A DNA stretch of 63,911 bases, filler included, from Collodictyon triciliatum (lineage: Eukaryota): NCBI GenBank assembly GCA_043381765.1. It is 7 parts of 7 records of this genome, joined end to end, with 100 filler letters (N's around TTAATTAATTAA, not from the genome) between each part and the next. Parts side by side here need not be neighbours in the genome. Positions count along the whole stretch, not along the records: positions 1 to 11,319 come from JBHJMP010002431.1; 6 more parts are not named here. One strand, written 5' to 3'. Below the pieces are notes generated by a model. That model saw only the letters and a list, made by a program, of their open reading frames with translations, ran no database searches and had not been told where the DNA came from. Below are positions 1 through 11,419 of the stretch, piece by piece. The first letter of the stretch is position 1. Every line of letters begins with the position of its first letter. Position numbers and translations under genes: made by a program.

Positions 1-939
1 CCAACCCCCCTTCTCTTTTCACCCCCCCTTTCCACCCCTTGCGCCATCAAAGCAGTTTTCCCCCCCCCCCCCCCAATCAAAACCCCCCCCCCCTTTTTTT
101 TTTTTCTATCGCCACGTTATTAGTTTTCTTGAAAGTCTCTGAATCCCATAAAGCAAACACATTCGCACCAACTCACACGAAAATAATCGCAAAGGAATAA
201 CCGGGAAGATAAGAATAAAGATTAAAAAAAAACTAAAACCAAAAGCAAAAGCATACAAATAAATAAGTAAAATTAAAAAAAAAAGCATATTTCGAAATTA
301 ACCACAGTTCGTCCGTCCAAAGGCACAATTTACACTCCCAAGAATAGTCCCAACCCGCTTTGTTTGGTCAAATCACAACCAACCAATTCGCTCAATTTCC
401 ATACTCCATCGCTTCTCATATAACAAAACCAAAATCCTTCTCACCTTCGCACAAACACGCACACCCATTATTCTTTTTGTCTTCTTCTTACCTCTCTTTC
501 CCTTACCATCGAGCGAAATATAATTAATAGAAGGAGAAAAAAAAGAACAACAAATACTGCCTCCGCCTTTCTCACAACCACATCAAACCTCCACGCTTCT
601 CCACGATCACAAAACGCCGCACAAAGCCTAATGAATCAAATCAACGCAAAACCTACCTTTTTGCCACTCTCCTTTTTATTTCATCTCTTTACTTCCTAAC
701 TTATTTATTAATCATTTTCATTTCTTTTCTCCGCCTTTTTTGCTCGCTCGCTTCCTGTCGTCGAAAACCAAAAAAACCAAAAAAACCAAAAAAACCAAAA
801 AAACCAAAAAAACCAAAAAAACCAAAAAAAACCTAAGAAAAGCAAGAGACGGAAAAGAAGACCAAAGTCAAAGCCACCGGCCACAAACCACCAATCGAGC
901 AGAGCTTCCTCGCAAAACCGCGCTTGGCCCCCGCTCAGA

Positions 940-3900
940 ATGATGAGTGCCCGAGCCGATCCAACCCGCAAGCCACGTCTCAGCTTCATGCAGGTCTGCC
1001 TTCTGCTGCTTGTCTTTGCCAGCCTGACGAGTCTGCATCTCTTCTACACATACGACCGCTACATGGCTCTCCAGGATCAGCCGCTTTGCGACCCGAGCGC
1101 AGAGGAGGCCGAGATGCATCATCTTGAGTGGCTCAACGAGTTCGGCTCGGTCCACCCGGACTTCTCCTTCATCCGCATTCCGCGGTCCAATGCGGCTCTG
1201 CTTGAGAGGCTTTTCCACCCGTTTGCCTCCTACTCTCTGAGCGACCTTGAGCGCAACATCACACGCGACTCAAACTGCGGCTGGCACCCAAACATCAATC
1301 TCAACGAGTTCTTTGGCCCTTTGCAGAGCCAAAAGAAAGAGCTGCAGCTGCAAGAGGCGCGTCGAAAAGCAGCCGAGCAGATTGCGGTGGAGCAGAAACA
1401 AAAGGATTTGGAGCTGCAAACAAAGCAGGAGCAGGCGTTTCTTACACGTCTGCAAAAGTTTTACCCCAGACGCGAATCATGCGTGTGGCCGTGCGAACGC
1501 CGCAAGGAAACGGTTTTTTCGTTTGAGCCGCACGAAAAGTGTCTGCCGCGAATGGGATGTCTCTACTCGCAGTATGTGCTGGTGATTCCATCCTTTGAGA
1601 AACTGATTCTGCAAAACTATACGGTCGAGGCGCAGTGCGCCACACTTGATGACGGCCGCGTCGTGGCAAAGTGTCTCTTGCCCATCCCCACAGACTGTAT
1701 CGACTACTGCTGGAATGAATGGCACGTTACGCTTTTCGCAGGGATTGCAGACACGCAAGGCTCCGTCACACAGTCACCCAGCGGCTCGCCCACACCCACG
1801 TACATCTCCAGCCCGAGCCCCACCCAAGTCGTCGACCAGGAGCAGAACTCCATCCTCAACTCTCTTCTTAACAGCCTTCTCATGCAGAACGATAGCTCCA
1901 TCAACACCACTCAGATCCAGCTCTCCTTCAACCAGTACCTCATCAAGGCAAACAAGACCGAAAAGCTTCGCCAGGCCGTAAAGGGCCCCGAGGCACTCAG
2001 TCGTCTGGAGAATAAGACACCTGTCAGTCATGGGAAGCATGAAAAGCGCCAGTTGGATGCGCAGGGGGGAGTGGAGGAGGATGCGAAAGGTACAATAATC
2101 GTCCATAGTGTTTTTTTTCTCGACATTTTTTCGATTTTTTCGATTTTTTCGATGAGGGTTTGTCCTAATCTAGAGGACATAGATACTGTGAAATTATATG
2201 TCAACTAACCTTTCATATCATCATCTCTTTTTTCATAACCATCATCGTCAATAAATATGTTTGTAAATATTTGTCATCATTTTTAGAAATAAAAGTATGA
2301 AAGATTCCGCCTACAAAATTAATATAATACACACTCCTTCCTTTTCATAAATCAATATCCCCTCTTATTTTCCTTTTGATGGGTTTGTGATTTGCAGACG
2401 CATTTTGTTTTAGACAAAGAAATCAATTTATACATTAAATTAATACCTATATCAGAATCATGTCTTTATCTTAATATCATCGTTTAGAAGAAGGAAAGCG
2501 CAAATCGAAGCGAGATATGGACGACCCACACAAAAGAAGGAAACGAGATGCTGCTGTGAAACTCTTGATTCAAAACTACTTCAACGGGCCGGAAAAATCG
2601 TCGAGAATCGACAAAAGATCCAAGGACGACCTGGATGCTTTGAAACTATCAAACTTGAGTCTGCCTCTCATCCGACATTATGCAGAGCTGCTCAACGAGT
2701 TGCAATCAAACAGCCCAGCCAAAGCACCGAACAAAGAAGGCGACCTTGTTCCTTCTTCATCGCCATTTCTCAAGGAAAACAACTTCAAGTTTGTTGTGCC
2801 AGACTCTTGGCAATCCAAGGACACCCATTTTTACGACCTCAACCTGATGCCTAGCCGCCCCTTCCGCGTGGCCGAAATCCTCCCACATCACAACAAAGGC
2901 TACATCCAAGTGATTGGCTACTACCTGCCAAACATCGACCGGCCGGACAAATGCAACCAACTCTTTTGTATCTGGGAGCATCCGAACGGATACATCGAGC
3001 ACACAGCCGCAGTCCACGGAGATGTTTCGGTAACCTTCTGCCCAATGCCCAGCGCCAACATTGACGAAAGCTCGCTGGCTCTGCAAGGAATAGCAAAGAA
3101 CGACGATGCGAAGCATTCCAAAAACACACCGCGCGTAATCGACACGAAATCCGGCGTCAACGACCTGATACGGACACACCATCTCCTCCGCTTGACATAC
3201 GACAACGAAATCATCAGCGAGCCATTCCCTTACTACGAAGCCCCAAAGTTTGGCGCGGTGCACCCAAAGGTCTTTATGAGCCTGTGCGTGATAGTGAAAA
3301 AGGAAGGGTTCAATCTGCTGGAGTGGATCGAGTACCACCGCTTGATGGGCTACGACCGGTTTATTCTGTACGACAACAACCCTGTGGACGAGCCGGACCT
3401 TGTGATGGAGAAAATCCTGCAGCTGTACTCGTCCATCATCATCCGCAAGAAGTGGAACCACGTCCACGCACAGACGGAGGCGCTCACCGACTGCATCCGC
3501 CGATACGGCGACACGAGTCAGTGGATGTCGTTCATCGACGTGGACGAGTTTATGGTGCCGTCGCCAAAGTACCGGACCATCCGAAACCTGCTCAAGAAAG
3601 GCGGGCCTCTGTCGAAGCACACGTACCTGCGAAGCTACTGGACCACCTTCGGGCCGTGCGGAAACATGACGAAGCAGCCCGGGCAGCTTGTGATGGAGAT
3701 GTGCCTCAACACCACAAAGTCCACGTCCAACTCGCCAAAGTCCACCTTCATGCCGCACCTGGCCATGTCGATCCAAGGATACGGACCACACTACATTCGC
3801 ATGTGGAAGGAGCAAGGCAGCTTCCCGAGATCCAGAAGCGAGGTCAGCATCGGGTACTTTTCGGTCTACCACTACCGGTACCGCACTTGGGAGGAGTTTG

Positions 3901-4019
3901 TGACGCGCCGCAGAGGCCCCACGGCCGGGCGTGTCCTTGTCTGGGACGATGCGCGCTTCATGGAGGAATGGGCAAAGGGCATCCTCTACAGCCAGCCGCT
4001 CCCCAAGGAGAAGAACCAC
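940..4019 (+). CDS. Glycosyltransferase family 92 (DUF23)-like type II membrane protein; exons 940-2089 and 2488->4019, 3' end lost in N gap
   Basis: N-terminal signal-anchor (QVCLLLLVFASLTSLHLFY). GT..AG intron 2090-2487 joins the two long ORFs in phase 1. C-terminal motifs LLEWIEYHRLMGYDRFILYDN and WMSFIDVDEF (DxD) plus HYRYR are typical of GT92/GT-A. Confidence 0.8.
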
Positions 4020-4993
4020 NNNNNNNNNNNNNNNNNNNNNNNNNNNNNNNNNNNNNNNNNNNNNNNNNNNNNNNNNNNNNNNNNNNNNNNNNNNNNNNNN
4101 NNNNNNNNNNNNNNNNNNNNNNNNNNNNNNNNNNNNNNNNNNNNNNNNNNNNNNNNNNNNNNNNNNNNNNNNNNNNNNNNNNNNNNNNNNNNNNNNNNNN
4201 NNNNNNNNNNNNNNNNNNNNNNNNNNNNNNNNNNNNNNNNNNNNNNNNNNNNNNNNNNNNNNNNNNNNNNNNNNNNNNNNNNNNNNNNNNNNNNNNNNNN
4301 NNNNNNNNNNNNNNNNNNNNNNNNNNNNNNNNNNNNNNNNNNNNNNNNNNNNNNNNNNNNNNNNNNNNNNNNNNNNNNNNNNNNNNNNNNNNNNNNNNNN
4401 NNNNNNNNNNNNNNNNNNNNNNNNNNNNNNNNNNNNNNNNNNNNNNNNNNNNNNNNNNNNNNNNNNNNNNNNNNNNNNNNNNNNNNNNNNNNNNNNNNNN
4501 NNNNNNNNNNNNNNNNNNNNNNNNNNNNNNNNNNNNNNNNNNNNNNNNNNNNNNNNNNNNNNNNNNNNNNNNNNNNNNNNNNNNNNNNNNNNNNNNNNNN
4601 NNNNNNNNNNNNNNNNNNNNNNNNNNNNNNNNNNNNNNNNNNNNNNNTTTCCCCATGTTCACTGCACAGCATCAACCCGGAAGCTACTTTCCTTTCTTTC
4701 CTTCAAACCCTTAATATTTTTTTTTAGCCGATTGTTGCATACACAGCAATAAACCAAATAAAAGAGAGAAAAGAGGGGAAGCAGGTCTTTTTCTACTCAG
4801 CATCTTGGTCTCTAACTATCATCGCCTGACTCTGCCGCCGTCTCTATCCTTTCGTTGATCAGAGTCGAGCTTTCCTTGCAAGAGAAACCCGCCCAGAAAA
4901 CCTCCAAAGCACACACGCACACACTCACTCGCCTTCGAACGAAGACAAAGAAGGGGCCATTAAAGCGCGTCATTAAAAAAAAAAAAATCTGGG

Positions 4994-7900
4994 ATGGCTG
5001 GTTCTGACTCGCAAGAGCGGCTCGAGAAGCAGCTCAAGGACATCGTAGACTCCTTGCAGCATACAAGCATAGAAGGGCGCCATGATTCGACAGTGCAGGA
5101 ATCCTTGAGGAAGCTTGCTCAGTTGATTCCCCTTTGCTCCGGCCACATTGCGGCTGCGCCTCGCATCCCAAGCCTGTTGCTTCTTCACAGTGCGATATGT
5201 CTGCTCCGCTGGCTGGGTGGAGGTGCCTTGAGTAAGGGCAGCTCTATTGTGGCAATCGCTCGCATGCTCAAAGTCCTATTTTCGAGGCTCTCGACAAGCA
5301 GGGTTGACCCCATTGCCAAACATTACGCAGCTATGATTGTGCAAGCGAGCATCCGGCTGTGTCACCCATGGGAGTCCCTTCTAGTCAATCTTAGGCTCCA
5401 GTCGATTGCAGTTTCCTTTAAGGTGATTGATGGACAGAACATTGTCGAGCAGAACGAAGATATGGCACTCGCGGGGCTGTTCTGTGAGTGGTATAGTAAG
5501 AACCAAAAGGAACCGGGATTGTCCTTGTCATATGAATATGGCCTCTTCTTCTCGATCTTGGTGCGCACAAGAGGTTTTCGTGCAGCATCTCTGTACTTGA
5601 CCTCGTTGGGCCAGGAGCACAGAGGTAGTTCTCTTCTCAGCTTCTCTGTTTTGGATGCCCTAGCTTCAATGTTAAAGGGCGATTCCTTTTCAAATACTCA
5701 TACTCATACCCAAATTTCTTCTGGGAAGCACGATGCTATAATGGTATTACTCTTGTTGGTGGCTACCAATCACCTGTGGAGCACTGACCCAAGCTTTCAC
5801 AAAGCCCTCAATTTGCTTGTCCAGGAGTTCAAATCAGACCTTTTGCAATACAAAAATGAATTTCTCAGTGAGAGGGAACTTTTGAATTGGATTTATCAAA
5901 GATCTCCAGCAGACTTTGCCTCGATACCAAGGTTACTAGGCGAAGCATTTTCTTCTTGCTTCGGAGATGGTGGACCATCATCTGTCAATCGCATCATTCA
6001 AGACGGAGACGAAGGGCATACCCCAATTTTTCCCATGATTTATCAAGAATATACAAATATTTTAATTTCAGGCATACTTTCAAAAGATCGGTCATATTGG
6101 GTGCCCATCCGTGGTTCCTTTCAATGCCATCGAAGTAACTCTTCATGTGAACTATGGGAGGCGTGTGAATTCTTTCTGAATGAAGACAAGATGTCTCTTT
6201 TTATTACAGGACCGAGCGGAATAGGTAAAACATCATGTCTAGAGCACGCCTTTAGATTATACTGCATTACTTTCAAAAAAAAGAAGATATTACCGATTCT
6301 ATGCTCTTTCGATCAACTGTTGAAGGTGACGGATATATCAATTTTTGCGACCAACTATTTCAAAATTAGTAGCTCACCTGTGGTGAAAAACTTTGAAGCA
6401 TTTCTCGCTGACTCAGATTTCATGGTTGTGTTCTTTTCTCATGTATTTGATGCAAAACAATATCTGCAGATACCTTTCATACAAGAAAAGCTCTGCCATA
6501 TGCGCACCAAACTGATATTCGCTTCCCATATATTTACCGATGATTATTTGGCAGATAAGGAAAACAGTAGAAACTCGGCTTTAGATTACCAAAGCTATGC
6601 ACTATTCAAAATATTTGACTGGGAAGATAACCAGTTGGAGAAATCATTCATTTATGAGTTCGCAGGGATTGAAGCAAAAACATATTTAGAGTTTTCTGAT
6701 GTCACAAGATTTTTGCATCTACACACAGAATTGACTTCACAAATGCGTCTCCCTTTATTTACCATCCGATTATGGCAAACAATACATACATTTTATAAAT
6801 CACCCTATTCATTTGTGGATGAATACCCTGCAGCAACCAATTCATCCCAGTTTTTTAGTTACTTTGACTTTATTTGTTGGAAGTACAAAAGTATGCACAA
6901 AGGAGTGACAAATCGATGTAAATTAACTACAATTCGCATTCATAAAAAAAAAACAATAATTTAAACGAACACTAGATTTCATCTTTCATCCTGACTAATT
7001 CTTATTTTTAAATGGTTTATCGATAGAAACCAAAAACTCTTTATCTTATGCTTTACTTCTTTCTCTTTTCATTCTTATTTTAACCAACTTTTTTTGTTTT
7101 GCATTCTTAGATTTGCTGGAAAGTAGTTTTCCTAGGAGATATGATACCAAGCAATACGAGTCATTCAAAGATAAACTAAAGGACTTTTCCATAACCTTGA
7201 TTGGAACCAGTATTACTATCAGACATAACATCTCAGAGGCTAAAAAATCCTTTAGAGAACTGAAGATGAAAAAGATCATTCTGCAACTCAATAGGCATCT
7301 TTCCTACATGAATCTCTATGAGCTTTCTAAAACTTTCTCAAGAGACTCTGAAATTACGGATATTCTTTTAAAATTAATTTCGCGTTGTAAGAATGATGAG
7401 AAAATGCATTTTGTCGTGTCCAATTGTATGACTACTCTAAACTATCTTGGATTTCGTTTTCTTAACATGGACATGAGCAATGCTACTCTAAAAAATGTTG
7501 ACCTTAGATGCAGTGTCCTTGAAAACGTCAGTTTTGAGGCTTCGCATCTTGAAAAAATTGATTTTAGCCATTCTCAAATCAAATCATGCAAATTTGACAA
7601 CAGCTCGATGAAGGATGTGCGATTTGGATCTTCAATTCAACGAAGAGATCACCTGGAGCCTATAATTAAGGTTTGTGCTCTGAAAAGAGATGACCATTCT
7701 TCATGGATTATTTCGAGTGGAGAAGACAAATGCTTGAAAATCTATGATGCTACCCAAAATATGAAACTTCTTCGATCCATATCCATGAAATCATCTGTGC
7801 GTGCAGTCATTATTTGGGAAAACAGTGTTCAAAAACAACATTTTCTTTGTGGAATGCATGATGGCAGGCTTGAATTGATTGATTTAGATACTTTCCTTGC

Positions 7901-9941
7901 TATATATTCGATCCAAACCCAACACCGTTGCATCAATACCATCGCACTTTTGCCTAGGGAGAAGGAAGGGGATTGTGCAATCTCTGGAGGAAGCGATGGA
8001 ATTATCAGAATATGGAGCGTAGCTAGTGGTGTATTGATATCTGCTATTGATATAGGAGTGCTATATATTTCTCAAATATGTAGCTTTAGAAATGAAGATA
8101 ACAGAGTGTGCTTGGCGGTGAGTTGTCAAGACACTATCGTTCACATGGTCGATTTTGAAAATGGACACCATCTTGCTCAAATTGAAGGCCAATCGATGAC
8201 AACAAAGAGTCTGTGCTGCGCTCATATACCTGGTTATTCTTGGGCCGTCATCGCTGGGCTGTGGAATAATACTATTGTTGTGTGGCATGCGCGCTCGATT
8301 CAAGAAACGAAATATCTGACTGGGCATCTGGACTTGGTCACTGGATTGGTACCATTTATGGGTAGAGATGGGCTAATGTACTTGGCCTCATGCAGTCGTG
8401 ATAAGTCTATCAGAATTTGGAACCTTGCATCGGGGTCGATAGAGAAAAGTTTTTATACTCAACACTCGGATGTATTGTGTATAGACTATCTTGAAGATAA
8501 TCAAGGAGACTCATTCATTGTATCAGGAGGCACAGATAGAGCTGTTTGTCTGTGGAAAATTTCTGATATATGGGAAGAAAGACAAAGGGATTATGAAAAA
8601 GAAGCCTCGTATATAACTGCATCGACTGTAGTTCATAAAAGCGAAACTAGTGTATTGATTGCATTTGCAGATGAGTTTAAAGGCATCTTTCTTCAAGAAA
8701 TCTCCCTCTCAATGGAATCGGGAAAGGTAGCGAGAGATAGATGTTTGATGAAAAAATCCATCGGCGCACTCGACAAGAAGGTTGTTGGTATTTTAGCTAA
8801 GCCCGGCGGTCAGGAGGCACATTTCTTATATGCTTTGGATGTCGCTGGCAATTTGCACATTTTCAACACAAACCGTAAAGATCAACGAAATTCTAAACAG
8901 GCCAAGTTTACGGGGAGTACCTACTTCATTGTTCCTGGGGAATCGAATGCGGTGTGGGTTGTTGCGACGGATATCCAACACAGAATCACAATTTATGATG
9001 CTGATTCACATGAGATTGTGGAAAGAATTTATGGAAATTCTCACAAAGTAACCGCTGTGTGTGTCCTTGAAACCCCTAGAAGTTCAACCGCGCTTCTCGT
9101 TGGTTCTTATTTGGGAGAAATCACAATATGGGAAAAAGGATGTCGCACACCCTTAGCGCGTTTGTGTGACTCTTACGATGCAATCGTTTATTTGTGTATC
9201 GTATCGCTCCCTACCGGAGACCGTGCCATTGTCGCGCAAAGTTGTGACGATACTATCAGAGTCTGGAGTTTGGATGACTGGTCCGTCAAGTTTAGATACC
9301 AACTATCGATGCTTCTGTACACCCAAGAAGGAAACGTACTTATGATACAAGACAAAGAACATAAGGAAAGAGCAAGTTTAGTGTTCTCATTTACAAACTT
9401 GGGCGATGCTTTTGCATTATTTGGAAGGAATGCTGTATTCCAAGATAGAGATTCTGTTGTTATCGGCTGCTTGCCTCAAGCGCAAATCCATGCCACTTTT
9501 TCCAATGCAAGGGGGTTGGATTGGTTTCAGACAATGACTATTTTCAACAAAGGAGGACTTTGCCGACCAGAAACCATCGATGATGAGTTTTGTAGATACT
9601 GTTTGACCCAATCTCCTTCAATTATGCAAGCGCTTGTAATGTCCCGATTTTTTGGCTCAGCTCGGTGTTTGCCCATGTCAACTTCGAGATGGATTGAGTG
9701 GCTGGGCCGGGCATTTGATATAGAAACGCTGGCTAAACTAGCGAAACTTGGAAACCGCGAGGCTGTGGACAAGATAAAGTTTATAGTCGATCGAAGATTG
9801 CCACCGTTCGATAGCCTTTATCAAAAGGCTGCGCTGGCCTTGGCACAGATATTTAAAAATGGATGGGGCACCGAAGTTAATCCATCACAATCTTTTGCCT
9901 ACTGTGCAAAAGCTATTCGAGGAAACTTGGAGACAGAGTAG
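4994..9941 (+). CDS. NLR-like STAND (NACHT-like) NTPase with pentapeptide repeats, WD40 repeats and a C-terminal SEL1-like repeat; exons 4994-6917 and 7111-9941 (~1584 aa)
   Basis: Walker A FITGPSGIGKT (6209-6232). Phase-1 GT..AG intron 6918-7110 fuses the 656-aa and 942-aa ORFs. Pentapeptide run DMSNA-TLKNV-DLRCS-VLENV-SFEAS-HLEKI-DFSHS-QIKSC-KFDNS. WD40 motifs SGGSDGIIRIWS, GH..ASCSRDKSIRIWN, SGGTDRAVCLWK. LAQIFKNGWGTEVNPSQSFAYCAKA is SEL1-like. Confidence 0.8.
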
Positions 9942-10386
9942 GATACAAAATAAAAGAAAGGAGACCAAAAGAATTCGCATTTTATGCATTTGAAAGCTTT
10001 CATGTTCGAAAAATGGTGGGGAACTTCTCGATTAGAGAAAGCTATGTTGATTCGGACGGTATTGTCTTCTTATTTATGAATGCTGATATATTGTACATTA
10101 TACATCAGTTTTGTTGTTGAGTTGCTGCTTTTTCTTTCTTTTCTTTTTTTCATTTCTGTTTGGATTGATTCAGGAATTGCGTCTTGTCGCACTCCTAGTG
10201 CAAAAATTAGGTAATAAGATTTTAAGATGAGGTACATAAAAGTGGCGACATTAAAGAAAAAAATATGGTATAAATTGTGATACATCGATACATGAGGCTG
10301 GTGAAAGAACGTCGTTTTTTTTCTTGATATCACCTGTTGATTCAGAGAGAAACTTGATGCTTGGTGACGAAGCAGATGCTCGTAGG

Positions 10387-10897
10387 CTATGCAAACCAAG
10401 GAGGTAATGGTTTGAACGAAAGCACAAGGGCAAGAAATGCAAAGCCGAGTCCAAAGAACGCTGCTGTCTGTTCTTCGATGTCCGTCCCGGTTGAGCGGAA
10501 AAGCGCACCCACTAATGACCCTATTGTTAAAAAAAGACACCAGTGAATGTGCGTGCATGGCAAGGATATAATATTATATGAGTGGGTATTCAATATGTTT
10601 TTTCGTATGTATATTATCCAGTAACTCAAGACTCCGCCACGGAATTATCTCTACCAAAAAAAGTGTGGTGGCAGAGAAACATATGGTCTTTGTAAGAGAG
10701 AATGCAATATAAATATGATAACCTCCAACAACTCCGTAAAGGAAGCCTGATAGAGCGCCAACGAATAAAGTAGCGAGTGGAAACAAGTATGGGTACGGCG
10801 CAACAATCCTCGTGGACAAAAAAATGCCAATCAAGAAGTAAACTCCTGTTATTTGATTTGAATTTTCATTTATTAGTTCCTGTGAAGAAATGTCCAT
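10387..10897 (-). pseudogene. Possible disrupted multi-pass membrane protein gene
   Basis: Two overlapping hydrophobic ORFs in different frames (10574-10897 and 10387-10629); no clear splice junction links them and the family is not recognised. Confidence 0.25.
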
Positions 10898-11267
10898 ATG
10901 GTAGAAGATGTGAAGGAAACTAGGATAATTTTGTTTTCTTTAATTAAAAATATAGACTAATAACAGTAATAAAGTGGATTTAGGGCTATTAATTTTAAAT
11001 AATATGAATGCTTGATATATGAACACATGGCCCTATTGCATTCTAACAAGATTATTTCAATTGCTTCTTATGTCCCTTGATATTTTTTCACCAACCCCTT
11101 GTCAAAGACGTGAATAATACACATATAATAGTGATAATGAGAATGAGAATGAGAATGAGAATGAGAATGAGAATGAGAATGAGAATGAGAATGAGAATGA
11201 GAATGAGAATGAGAATGAGAATGAGAATGATAGTGATAATGATAGTGATAATGATAATGATAATGAT

Positions 11268-11296
11268 TTTTTTTTCCTTTATTCGATTCAAAGTGT
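11268..11296 (-). mobile_element. Solo LINE 3'-tail insertion with 23-bp flanking duplication
   Basis: Reverse complement ACACTTTGAATCGAATAAAGGAAAAAAAA matches the LINE end at 15700-15729. GTGATAATGATAATGATAATGAT flanks both sides (11245-11267, 11297-11319). Confidence 0.7.
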
Positions 11297-11319
11297 GTGA
11301 TAATGATAATGATAATGAT

Positions 11320-11419
11320 NNNNNNNNNNNNNNNNNNNNNNNNNNNNNNNNNNNNNNNNNNNNTTAATTAATTAANNNNNNNNNNNNNNNNNNNNNNNNN
11401 NNNNNNNNNNNNNNNNNNN
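11320..11419. other. Artificial contig spacer (N44-TTAATTAATTAA-N44)
   Basis: All-frame stop linker at 11364-11375. Identical linkers at 22784, 34200, 45627, 59505 and 62221. Confidence 0.97.

Noticed and set aside
3284-4752. Long ORFs containing X runs
   Set aside because: They are extended only by the N gap (4020-4647).
11364-11375. Recurrent TTAATTAATTAA palindrome as a biological motif (e.g. piggyBac site or chromosome-breakage signal)
   Set aside because: Always centred in an identical N block; it is an artificial linker.
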